Shown here one piece after another: positions 1 to 11,840 of a stretch of 64,000 bases of DNA (the stretch's first letter is position 1; each line of letters starts with the position of its first letter). Under the pieces are notes generated by a model. The model had not been told where the DNA came from. It saw nothing but the letters and a program-made list of their open reading frames with translations, and ran no database searches. Where the stretch lies: NCBI GenBank assembly GCA_964016885.1, contig OZ024741.1, forward strand, positions 181,474,001 to 181,538,000. The letters are read 5' to 3'. The DNA comes from Eledone cirrhosa. Taxonomy: Eukaryota. The translations under genes were made by a program, and so were the position numbers.

Positions 1-329
1 CATCATATGTCATCAGACATAAAAACGTTGACCATGTCCTCAAGAATGAGTGAAATGATTGGTTGTTTCCGAGAGTCATTAAGGATATTAGTATAGAAGG
101 TGGTAACTTGTTGTTAGTTACTGAGTCAAGGGAACTTGTCTTAGTTAGGTTGGCATATTTATTAGTAGTCGGAAAAAATATTCATTATATTCAAAGTCGA
201 CTTTAAATAATGAAATATATCTTCCTAGCTTGGATTATCTTCTTGTAACGCTAAACTCCGCCAGTTGCAGACTGCGCAACAACATGAGATATTTTTCTCC
301 AAAAAGTTCGATCACCAGCAGCAGAGTTC

Positions 330-619
330 AAAGAGCAAAGATCAAGTCCAGTCCATAAATTGACATTATCAAGCCATCGTTTTCGCCTTTGCTTCTCTTA
401 CTAGCCAACCTTCCTTCCAGGCATAACCTAGTCACACCACGAGTTGATACTTTTATATGACCGTATAATTTGAGTATTCTTAACTTGACAATTGATGTAA
501 TTGGTCTAAGTTTGGTAATGTTGTGCAGGTCACTGATACAGATACGTTATATGAGCCGCTTGCCAGTCATAAGTCTCATGATGCGGTTCTGGAATGTAGA
601 GAGCTTCTGCAGTGACCTT

Positions 620-620
<1 letters not shown>
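330..620 (-). pseudogene. Decayed RTE-clade LINE 3' fragment (C-terminus of RT ORF)
   Basis: Minus-strand translation ...LSTFQNRIMRLMTGKRLI*RICISDLHNITKLRPITSIVKLRILKLYGHIK...LCLEGRLASKRSKG..KRWLDNV matches the RTE C-terminal pattern (GH...EG..G.R..G..RW.D); stops and frameshifts present. Confidence 0.65.
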
Positions 621-1329
<709 letters not shown>

Positions 1330-1379
1330 TTAGTATGTACGTTCTGAAAATTATTGTATATAATATCAATTATTTTTAC

Positions 1380-1550
1380 TTTTGGTACAAGGCCAGCAAT
1401 TGCCCCAGTACATTACTAGTGCTTTATTTTATCGACCCAGCAAGGATGAAAGGCAAAGCTAACCTCGGCGGGAATTGAACTCAGAACGTAAAAGGGCAGT
1501 ATCTCTATGCTGCAACGTATAGTGTCTGAGGTTCTACCGATACCGCCCTA
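1380..1550 (-). mobile_element. tRNA-derived SINE (octopus-like family A); further copies ~4165-4305(+), ~8695-8810(-), ~12610-12820(+), ~13750-13870(+), ~13985-14155(+), ~58535-58740(+)
   Basis: Shared core ttctgagttcaaattccgccgaggtcgactttgcctttcatcc...gtcgataaaataaagtaccagt...ggccttgtg recurs at least 6 times in the window. Confidence 0.7.
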
Positions 1551-2419
1551 AAATTAATATAGAACCATACTATGTTAGATAACTGACCAACTATTTTATA
1601 GAGATAAAAATATAACATTTACAAGATAGATTTAAATAGGTAATCTAAGTGACAAAGTTGGTGTAATTTCAATAATCTAATGCTTCCAAGGCTGCAACAC
1701 ACTAGATTAATTACATTAAATCGCTGAATTTCATCAGTTTGTAGATGCCGAATTAAATTCTCAAAGGCATTAACTTTGATTTTCATCCCTTAATGTAATA
1801 TAAACGTACCGGGCACCTATTGACATTACTATCTCGAAATATACCTAAAACCGTTTAACCCTATATTAATTAGAAACCTCTCGCTCTCATTCAAGTTTAA
1901 AACCCTCTATTGACGGACTCCCTCATAATTCATATGACAAATACAGACGTTAAGCTATATATAAGTTGAAAACATATGAATTTGTAAAATTTCTTATTTG
2001 TCTCAGCAAAGATTTGTACAAGGTGTTGATCAAGCTAGTTTTTGGTTCAAATCTGATGTAAGACTTTCGATGCATTTTTAGACATCAGTCATTCTTTTTA
2101 TACCATAAATAAAAGCTAAGTATTGGTCCTTTCACACCCTTAAAATATGAGGGAAATAGTTTTTGATTTATTTGTTACGAACTATGACTGAAAAGCAGAA
2201 TCTGTAGAGCTCTGATGAAAATGTCATGTATAATTTAGCTACATTCTTTTATATCTCAAGTTCGAATCTTAACTTTTAAAGTTTTACTATTCATTCATCA
2301 ACAAAATGTTCAATAAAGTACCGGACAAATGCTGAGGTCAACAAAATCAATAAATTAGAGAAATAATATTATAAGTGTTTGTATAAGCTAGTTGTCAAGT
2401 AAGACATAAATCTTCGTGG

Positions 2420-2770
2420 CAGTGTGGAATGGTCATCCGTCGGTTTCGACTACGAGCGTTCCAGTTGTTCGATCAACCGAACGGTCAGCTCATAGAATTA
2501 ACGTATAAGTGGACAACCATCCCACATATACTTATACCTTCAACGTAATTCTCAGAGAGATTCGGCATAACACAGTATGTAACAAAGCAAACCGTTTGAA
2601 GTACAAGTACAATCCATCCCACGGGCTTCCAACACTTTTCATTGACCCTATTCCATTTACAAGGAATGGGTCAACCCGAGACTATAATAAATAATTGCCC
2701 GAGATGATTCGCAGTGGATTTGAACCTGGGACCTAATGAAATCGAAGCAAACATCTTAACCATTCGGATA
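2420..2770 (-). mobile_element. Second dispersed SINE-like family; other copies ~4370-4580 (opposite orientation) and ~38720-39050
   Basis: Shared segments ccgtcggtt.cgac.acgag.gttccagtt..tcgatcaac.gaac...ttaacgt..aagt...ttaacgtaa.ttc recur at three loci; a B-box-like ttcaaatcc lies near 2720. Confidence 0.55.
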
Positions 2771-2875
2771 TGTTGTGTCCACATGTGGCAGGGAAGAACA
2801 AATACAGAATATTGATTAATAAACATAGCTTACATTTTATTCTGTTGAAAACATAATCTCTCCCCCACCCACGCA

Positions 2876-3006
<131 letters not shown>

Positions 3007-3032
3007 AAAGAATAGAGGTGTAACACACAAGT

Positions 3033-3419
3033 TATATATTGGTAAACGGAATAGAAAATGCTGACAAATTGTTCACAGTTGAAAAATGGTTTAATTAGGA
3101 ATAAAAGAGTATTAGTGATTGTATGGGTTAGTATTCAGTTGTGGTTTTAAGTTTTTAAGTTTTTACCGGTTGCGCATTTCTAAATGCTTTTCAAAAATAA
3201 TTTTGAGATAGAGTGTCCGTGCTGTTTGCTCACGGACACTCTATCTCAAAATTATTTTTGAAAAGCATTTAGAAATGCACAACCGGTAAAAACTTAAAAA
3301 CTTAAAACCACAACTGAATACTAACCCATACAATCACTAATACTCTTTTATTCCTAATTAAACCATTTTTCAACTGTGAACAATTTGTCAGCATTTTCTA
3401 TTCCGTTTACCAATATATA
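3033..3419. repeat. Long foldback inverted repeat (189-bp arms, 9-nt loop) ending in (TA)n
   Basis: 3033-3221 is the reverse complement of 3231-3419, with one mismatch seen (gcgca/gcaca). Confidence 0.95.
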
Positions 3420-5050
3420 TATATATATATATATATCTGTGTCTATGTGTACGTTTGTGCATCAATGTAAACGTTCAGTAAATGAATGTGTGTATATATA
3501 CGCGTGTGGATATATATGAATAGTCCAGGAAATAATGTGTGCATCCTTATGTGCATATATAGCTCAGTCTGTATACATGCACGTGAGTCTGTGTCTGAGT
3601 ATGTGTATGTATGAATGGACATATATGCATATGGTGATTCAGCTAATACGTGCTTCCAATATAAAAAAAACGAGCTGGAAACTGATGAAAATGAATCGTC
3701 TGCTCAGCAACGCCAGGGATAGTAAAGAAGTGCTAATCCATACTCGGTTGATAATTAAAACCAATTTCGCATCTCCAGCAAATGTGTGGTACAAACAAAA
3801 TAACAAGGTAACGTAGTTTGTAATATAATGAAATATGTGAACATATTGATGATGTGAGCATGTAAATGATGTAACGCCATCCATGAATCATTCTTCTTAA
3901 CATGAAGTAATGACTACAATTTTGTCCTTCAATGATCTCACTCTGACGACAGCATTGCATGATCTTTACAATATAGTTTTCAATTAGTAATACGTATGTA
4001 TGAACCCGTAACAGAGTCGCAAGGGGACTGTAGTGACATATATCATGTCTTAAGGACTTTAAATGGGAGAGATAAAGAGGAAGTGAGAAAGAGATGTTGA
4101 GGGATAATCGATTGAACTGAAGCTTTCTTATCGACCACGAAATGTAAAAAGGAAAAGTTATGGCTATTGATGTTCCGAGTTGAAATTCCGCTGCGATCAA
4201 CTTTACCTTTTCAGGGTCGATAAAATAAAATACCAGTCTAATACTAGACTAGATTTAACTAACTACCCCCACCATTTACTGGCCTTGTGTCTAATGTGGA
4301 AATCATTATGAGGAAATATATGAGTGATGAAGTTGTAGAATACGTATCACAACAAAGCGTATCAACGGCGGCGTGTTATGTTACTGTCCGTTCAGCTGGA
4401 AAAAATGAGTTGTACTTGTAATGCTAAGGACAATTTTGTCACACACTGAATCTACCGGAGAACTACGTTATTAGTAAACGTATAAATAAAAGCCTCAGTC
4501 ACTTGTACGTTAATTTCATGAGCAAGCCGTTTCGTTGGTCGTAGAACCGGAAAACTCATCGTCGTAACCGACAGAGACCCGATACATCACATTCTCAGTT
4601 CAATTTCCACCTAAATATTACTTATCCTTTCGTCCTTCCGCGCATTGCACCTAAACGTCTAGTCTCGGTGTCTATATTCGAAAATCTGTTTTATTTAAAA
4701 GTATACAGACACTAGCTTTACACAGCTCTGGTTTGTTTTGTTTAGAGTTAGAAAACGTAGTCATATTAGAAACTATCTCTATAGTTTGGCTGAAGCTGAT
4801 GGCTTGGGAAAAAATTTCGTTGACAACTGTAAATATAAAGATGATCTAAAAAAAATTATTGGTATCTCGAGTTTTCCTATGTGTTTTCTTCTTTCAAATT
4901 TAGTTTCGTTTTAAGCAGATCTTGTTTATACTTTTGCGCATTACTTCAAAACAATGCGACGCCAGATAAATATCCCTGACAGAAATATTATACGAAAGGA
5001 AAAAAAAAAGCAAACGAACTGAAACTACATAATATTTTCCACCATACACC

Positions 5051-5097
<47 letters not shown>

Positions 5098-5290
5098 TAA
5101 TTTAATATATCAACTAACATAAGCGCACAGATGCACGCCTATGCCAGCAAATACACAGGTTATGTCATAGTACCTAGGTGGTTCAATGCAGGAGGATGCA
5201 GAACAATAATATAAAAGACGTAAAATAAGAAAATCTCTTAAAAAAAAAATTTTTTTTTTTTTTAATTTTTACTTACTTACTTAAATTTTC

Positions 5291-5372
5291 ACTCCAACTA
5301 ATTAGTTTCCGCAATGGGATAAAGACAGTTACGTAATCTAACTGTCGAGAATTCATTGCGTCATCAGGGAGT
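5291..5372 (-). ncRNA. Type I hammerhead ribozyme, unit 1 (fully paired)
   Basis: Minus strand: ACUCC-CUGAUGA-CGCAAUG[...GACAGUUA gauuacg UAACUGUC...]CAUUGCG-GAAA-CUAAUUAG-UU-GGAGU; stem I 5 bp, stem II 7 bp plus an inner hairpin, palindromic stem III, GUU cleavage triplet. Confidence 0.88.
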
Positions 5373-5862
5373 CTATTCTCAGCTAAGTCTCCAGGCAATG
5401 CGCGGACACTGGCGGCTCATATAAAAATAATAATAATTCGGTAGATGGAACAGCTAGCGAGGACTGAATTCCATGCACTGAAATCCTCACTGCCTCTAGT
5501 CAAATGGCCGATTCTAAAGAATCAATCACGTGACACAGAGGCTAGTCAGAAGGAATGTGATGGTAAGATGACAGACGCCTACTAACACCCCCCCCCAAAA
5601 AATTTTTTTTAGAAGTGGTTTTGGCAGGTTTGCTCGACAAATCAGTGATTTGGAGATAAATATAGATAATTTAATATATCAACTAACATAAGCGCACAGA
5701 TGCACGCCTATGCCAGCAAATACACAGGTTATGTCATAGTACCTAGGTGGTTCAATGCAGGAGGATGCAGAACAATAATATAAAAGACGTAAAATAAGAA
5801 AATATCTTTAAAAAAAAAATTTTTTTTTTTTTTTTTTTTAATTTTTACTTACTTAAATTTTC

Positions 5863-5944
5863 ACTCCAACTAATTAGTTTCTGCAATGGGATAAAGACAG
5901 TTACGTAATCTAACTGTCGAGAATTCATTGCGTCATCAGGGAGT
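5863..5944 (-). ncRNA. Type I hammerhead ribozyme, unit 2
   Basis: Same as unit 1, but the core-proximal stem II pair is C.A (CAUUGCA-GAAA). Confidence 0.8.
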
Positions 5945-6432
5945 CTATTCTCAGCTAAGTCTCCAGGCAATGCGCGGACACTGGCGGCTCATATAAAAAT
6001 AATAATAATTCGGTAGATGGAACAGCTAGCGAGGACTGAATTCCATGCACTGAAATCCTCACTGCCTCTAGTCAAATGGCCGATTCTAAAGAATCAATCA
6101 CGTGACACAGAGGCTAGTCAGAAGGAATGGGATGGTAAGATGACAGACGCCTACTAACACCCCCCCCCCAAATTTTTTTTTTAGAAGTGGTTTTGGCAGG
6201 TTTGCTCGACAAATCAGTGATTTGGAGATAAATATAGATAATTTAATATATCAACTAACATAAGCGCACAGATGCACGCCTATGCCAGCAAATACACAGG
6301 TTATGTCATAGTACCTAGGTGGTTCAATGCAGGAGGATGCAGAACAATAATATAAAAGACGTAAAATAAGAAAATATCTTAAAAAAAAATATTTTTTTTT
6401 TTTTTTTTAAATTTTTACTTACTTAAATTTTC

Positions 6433-6514
6433 ACTCCAACTAATTAGTTTCTGCAATGGGATAAAGACAGTTACGTAATCTAACTGTCGAGAATTCATTG
6501 CGTCATCAGGGAGT
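6433..6514 (-). ncRNA. Type I hammerhead ribozyme, unit 3
   Basis: Same as unit 2. Confidence 0.8.
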
Positions 6515-7000
6515 CTATTCTCAGCTAAGTCTCCAGGCAATGCGCGGACACTGGCGGCTCATATAAAAATAATAATAATTCGGTAGATGGAACAGCTAGC
6601 GAGGACTGAATTCCATGCACTGAAATCCTCACTGCCTCTAGTCAAATGGCCGATTCTAAAGAATCAATCACGTGACACAGAGGCTAGTCAGAAGGAATGG
6701 GATGGTAAGATGACAGACGCCTACTAACACCCCCAAAAAAAAATTTTTTTTAGAAGTGGTTTTGGCAGGTTTGCTCGACAAATCAGTGATTTGGAGATAA
6801 ATATAGATAATTTAATATATCAACTAACATAAGCGCACAGATGCACGCCTATGCCAGCAAATACACAGGTTATGTCATAGTACCTAGGTGGTTCAATGCA
6901 GGAGGATGCAGAACAATAATATAAAAGACGTAAAATAAGAAAATATCTTAAAAAAAAATATTTTTTTTTTTTTTTTAAATTTTTACTTACTTAAATTTTC

Positions 7001-7082
7001 ACTCCAACTAATTAGTTTCTGCAATGGGATAAAGACAGTTACGTAATCTAACTGTCGAGAATTCATTGCGTCATCAGGGAGT
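7001..7082 (-). ncRNA. Type I hammerhead ribozyme, unit 4
   Basis: Same as unit 2. Confidence 0.8.
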
Positions 7083-7492
7083 CTATTCTCAGCTAAGTCT
7101 CCAGGCAATTCGCGGACACTGGCGGCTCATATAAAAATAATAATAATTCGGTAGATGGAACAGCTAGCGAGGACTGAATTCCATGCACTGAAATCCTCAC
7201 TGCCTCTAGTCAAATGGCCGATTCTAAAGAATCAATCACGTGACATAGAGGCTAGTCAGAAGGAATGGGATGGTAAGATGACAGACGCCTACTAACACCC
7301 CCCCCCAAATTTTTTTTTTAGAAGTGGTTTTGGCAGGTTTGCTCGACAAATCAGTGATTTGGAGATAAATATAGATAATTTAATATATCAACTAACATAA
7401 GCGCACAGATGCACGCCTATGCCAGCAAATATATATATATATATACCATGATATTAAATAAATGGAAACTATATTTATAAAACCATATTTAT

Positions 7493-7555
7493 TTTTATTA
7501 TATATATTTCAAGGGCAACCAAGCCAATCTTGGTGCGCTTTCATCAGATAAAATA
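7493..7555 (-). ncRNA. Minimal type I hammerhead (left arm)
   Basis: UUUUAU-CUGAUGA-AAG[..ACCAAG auugg CUUGGU..]CUU-GAAA-UAUAUA-UA-AUAAAA. Confidence 0.72.
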
Positions 7556-7689
7556 CAAAGTTTGTTTTATAAATAAAGACGTACCCATGAAGATTCAACC
7601 TTATCTGTCGGAAATTCACTGGATAAGGTTGAATTCACTGATAAGGTTGAATCATCATGGGTACGTCTTTATTTATAAAACAAACTTTG

Positions 7690-7754
7690 TATTTTATCTG
7701 ATGAAAGCGCACCAAGGTTGGCTTGGTTTCCCTTGAAATATATATAATAAAATA
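7690..7754 (+). ncRNA. Minimal type I hammerhead (right arm)
   Basis: UAUUUUAU-CUGAUGA-AAG[..ACCAAG guugg CUUGGU..]CUU-GAAA-UAUAUA-UA-AUAAAAUA; 8-bp stem I, palindromic stem III. Confidence 0.75.
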
Positions 7755-7902
7755 AATATGGTTTTATAAATATAGTTTCCATTTATTTAATATCATGGAA
7801 TATTTACTCCAGTAATTTGTTGAGTGCTCTATATCAGTTATAAACATTTATTTTTGTCGGAATTCCAACAAATTAAATACAACTTCTACATATATATATG
7901 TA

Positions 7903-7949
<47 letters not shown>

Positions 7950-8029
7950 TGTCCCCCCAAAATATATACACACTTTGATTACCTGTACAGGCAATATAAA
8001 TTAGAATGGTACATACATTTTTTGGGGAC

Positions 8030-8034
<5 letters not shown>
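7950..8034. mobile_element. Tiny Tc1/mariner-type MITE
   Basis: TIR remnants tgtcccc..aaaa / ttttggggacaccc within (TA)n; same family as 10613 and 11762. Confidence 0.6.
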
Positions 8035-8079
<45 letters not shown>

Positions 8080-9139
8080 AATAAATATATATGGTGCACA
8101 CACAATCACTAACACAAACACCTACTTACTGTGTAACACCTCCAACTCAAATACAAACCAAATACACGCAATACGCACATAGACATACGTATAGAGAAAC
8201 TCACACGTAAACATATACAAACATACACACATAACCGAGAAACCCACCACCCCCACATACGTGTACATTCTACTACTGACACACACAAACTACACACAAA
8301 CCGACAAGCACACAAACACACAGACTATATACGCACAATTTGATGGATACACTCATACAGGCAGACACCAAAAACAAAGGGCCCAAGTCACACGATGTAT
8401 CTCACCCCCGCACACACATATCACAACCGACTGAGCTGGAAACCCTATGACCACTGCTGAACCCTTTCCCACGCATCCCTACATAAAACCTATATGTCTG
8501 CCCACCTCACCCTTCGTGATAAACCCCTCTATCATTTTTTCTTTCTTTTCCCCCTTCCAAACTTCTTTCTCTCGCCTAATTTTACTATTGTTTAATAAAT
8601 GAAAGACTAAAATTAGGGGAGAGAAACTGATAATTCTTCCTAACTTTGCACCATTTGCGGAAATGGAAAGTTAATTAATTATATTAACATCAGTACTTAT
8701 CGATCACAGAAGATTGAAAGACGGGATTTAAACTCAGAACATAAAGGGCCATAACTTAATACTGCAAAGCATTTTGTCCGACGCTCTACCGATATTGTCA
8801 ATCATCCACCCTAAGCGTGAAACTAGCCTCGCGAGCTGGAATGGCCCTTTCAGCGCGTTCCCATACCATCCTCCAGAAAATTGCCATCTCCATTCTATCC
8901 GCCGGGGCCGCAGAACGACCAGCGCATGGGCTCCCATCTGCTTATAATAGTGAGAGATGGGGAGAATGGAAGAGACGGAGGCAGTGACAGTGGGAGTTGT
9001 GTTCTTTTGTGTTCGGACCTTGTGTATGTGTATATGTTTTACGGACTTCCTTCCTTAATAGTTCATCTCACCGTGTAATTTTCCCCCGTGTTTATCGTCA
9101 ATTTTTAAACCTTGAATAGTATATATATATATGATGGCT

Positions 9140-9680
9140 GCAAACTCACGCTAAGAGTATTGCAATCACTTGTCAGATTGACATGTGTGGCGTTCGGATA
9201 TGGCTTTCCAAGCCTTCTAGAGACTTACACTCCTTCGCACATTGACAGCAACTATGGATCTCCCTGGCCTCAGGTTTTGCATCAGGTTGCCTGTGAACCT
9301 TCACATTCCACTTCAGTCCTGTTAGAGATCGACATTCTTTGCCACATTCATTACATTTTTCAATACCGTGGTGATCATAGTTCACTGGTTGTCTTTGAAC
9401 ATAGCTGTGACTGTGGCTCCTGAGACCGGATTTTCTCAAGCACATCTTTTCACACTAAGGGTACGCCAATTCAATGGAGATACCGATCGTTTCAAGAGAT
9501 ACACCAAGGAATTGCTTACGCACATCCCGTTTGATCTTCACGTGCTCTAAGCGTTTGTCCTCAAAATTATGGACCCCATCATTCACCATTGCACGCCAAG
9601 TTTCTCTTTCAAGAGCTTTTATCTCCCAGTCAGCCACCATCAAACCAGTTTTATATGTAGGTATGTGCAATCGGGGGTAA
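9140..9680 (-). pseudogene. RTE-clade LINE 3' fragment with C-terminal C2H2-like zinc fingers
   Basis: WEIKALERETWRAMVNDGVHNFEDKRLEH..KRDVRK followed by CNECGKECRSLTGLKWNVKVH and CCQCAKECKSLEGLESHIRTPH; frameshifted. Confidence 0.65.
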
Positions 9681-9732
9681 CCACAGTAAGTAAGGTACTC
9701 AATAGTAGAGTATATAATGTTTGATATAAAAA

Positions 9733-9786
9733 TGGCTTCTACAGGACTAGAACTGTTTCATTCGAAGGAAATCATCAGTAAAGCCA
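9733..9786 (-). ncRNA. Candidate solo type I hammerhead (slightly degenerate)
   Basis: UGGCUUU(A)-CUGAUGA-U UUC cuuc GAA U-GAAA-CAG uucuaguc CUG-UA-GAAGCCA. Confidence 0.6.
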
Positions 9787-10612
9787 ACTGTCATTGTGAT
9801 ATTGGGATATTTATACGTTCTCTGATGGTAGGGAAAGGTCGTGATTAGGATGGGTAGAGGTCATTAGCCGAGGGATTTTAAGAACAGGGATTCTTTGAAA
9901 AAACTATATTTAGAGGAAAATACACAGTAATACAAAGAATGTAAGCATTCACACTAAGTACCCATAAACAAACATACACATACTGATTTATATATATATA
10001 TGTGTGTGTGTGTGTGTATGTGTATTGAGAGTAAGTGAGAGAGATAAATGCACACATCACGTATACCAAACTATTAGCACTAGCTAGACGTTATAAACTT
10101 AGTGAATAAATTTATGTATACTAAAAACACATGTATATCTATACATAAAATAAGTATTAATGTATTTTTCAAAATTAGATATAGAATTCGTTTGCTTAAT
10201 GTATCTTTTCCCGGTCGGTATAAATTTATCACACATTTTTGCATTGCTTTTGGTGGAAATGAAGCGGACGGAGTGTACGAAATGTCGAGTTTGTTGCAAA
10301 ATACTTAAATATTACATTTAATTTCCGCCTCATACCGCAATTCTCTAATTCGGTATATTTTCGACGTCTTCTGATAATGTCAGCCGCTAACAACGGTCTA
10401 TACTTTCTTCAATTTCTTTCCTAATACAAACAGCAGCAACAGTAATAATAACAATAATAATGACACCAACAATCGCACAAACAATTTTAAATGAACGATG
10501 TTTTCATCAACACCCCACTCTCCAGAGCGTGAAATTAATAAACATTCGTTGTACTGCCTCTCTGTTTTGTCCCTGTTCAAATTTTTCCATTATATATATA
10601 TATATATATATC

Positions 10613-10667
10613 TAGGGTGTCCCCCCAAAATCCTGTTGAAGTGTGTATACGTTTTTGGGACACCCTA
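10613..10667. mobile_element. Tiny Tc1/mariner-type MITE
   Basis: tagggtgtccc...gggacacccta TIRs in (TA)n. Confidence 0.65.
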
Positions 10668-11032
10668 TATATATATATATATATATACAAAACAAAAGGG
10701 CGTACTGGACAAAGATAACGGAAAAAACAGAATATCGGCGTTTCAGTGCATCAGGGTCAACACTTCCTGTGCACAATGGAACGATACAAAACGGGTAGAT
10801 ACCGGACGATTTGTGCTTTTCGGTAAATTACACACATCTATATACTACTAAAATTCTGTGATTGCTTGCTTGCTTGCTTGTCTGTAATGTAATACAACCA
10901 AAAGGGCGCATGATGGGAAAATACTTCGAAAGGAAGTTGAACCTGAAATGGGGATACAAATGGAATAAAATAAGTTTCGCGTAAATCAGAGAAAGGGTTC
11001 CCGAGATATATGGTTTTTCCGGGTATCTTCAT

Positions 11033-11104
<72 letters not shown>

Positions 11105-11761
11105 TGAGAGAGAAAGAAAGACAGATAGAGTGAAAGAGATAGTGGTTGTGAGAGAGTAGATGAAATAGAGACATAGAGAGAGGGAGAGGAGACATAGAAG
11201 GAGAATGGAAGAGAGAGGGGGATTGAAAGAGCTGGTGGTGTTGTGCGTGTGTATATATATATATATGTGTGTGAATGTGTGTGTATATATATAATATATA
11301 TATATGTGTGTGTGTGTCTATGACCAGTGCATATAGATTACAGACACCTACACATATATATATATATACACACACTTAAATATATATACACACACACATT
11401 TATATATATACATACACATACGTATATATATGGGCCTTCCGGTTTCATTTAACATTATATAAGTCTGTGTATATTCTAATTATTTAAAAATCATTTTTAA
11501 GTGAACATGATTTAAAAAAATATTTTGAAGTGAACGTGACCCAACGGGTCATGGGTGGTCTAGTAAAGACTAAATACAGAAAAAAGGCTACAAACTAAAG
11601 GAATGATGCACTGAAACTCTAGTGATTACCAGACGTTGACTGATGAGAAGGGACTCCGTTTTTCTGGTTTTTTTTTTCTTTTGTCTTTAGCCTGTACGCC
11701 CACCTGTTTTAGATTCATATAATCTTTCTTTGTCTGTACGTTAGACTGTGGTCCATATATA

Positions 11762-11840
11762 CAGGGTGTCCCTCCAAAATGTATACACATGTGTATTAAA
11801 ATGCTATTGAAGTATGTATACATATTTTGGGGACACCATG
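11762..11840. mobile_element. 79-bp Tc1/mariner-type MITE with TA target duplication
   Basis: TA-cagggtgtccctccaaaatgtatacaca ... tatgtatacatattttggggacaccatg-TA. Confidence 0.75.

Larger units (their letters stand above)
5092..7430 (-). mobile_element. Tandem array of ~570-bp hammerhead-containing monomers (non-LTR retrozyme-like), 4 full units plus ~60 bp, inserted in (TA)n
   Basis: The gataatttaatatatcaac marker recurs at 5096, 5665, 6237, 6806 and 7374 (period 568-572); units are near-identical apart from homopolymer lengths and a few substitutions; no ORF; (TA)n on both sides; one HHR per unit. Confidence 0.9.
7446..7798. repeat. Foldback inverted repeat (~160-bp arms) with a hammerhead on each arm; Penelope pLTR-like
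   Basis: 7446-7605 is the reverse complement of 7640-7798 with few mismatches; the centre holds a short duplication of gaattcactg(g)ataaggtt. Confidence 0.92.

Noticed and set aside
548-560. 13-nt match (gcggctcatataa) between the RTE fragment and the retrozyme monomer
   Set aside because: Too short and not extendable; probably chance
5459-5490. Second hammerhead in the monomer (GAGGA-CTGAATT...GAAA-TCCTC)
   Set aside because: Core is not CUGANGA and there is no stem III or UH
5092-7430. CRISPR array or ordinary satellite
   Set aside because: No unique spacers and eukaryotic context; the HHR in each unit explains it better
9173-9445. Host C2H2 zinc-finger gene
   Set aside because: Contiguous with an RTE RT C-terminus and frameshifted; part of the LINE
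10730-10780. Degenerate HHR-like motif (AGTG/CACT stem + GAAAC, minus strand); similar traces near 11600, 14200, 34010, 44195 and 46520
   Set aside because: Core nucleotides or stem I are missing; cannot be told from chance without a family consensus
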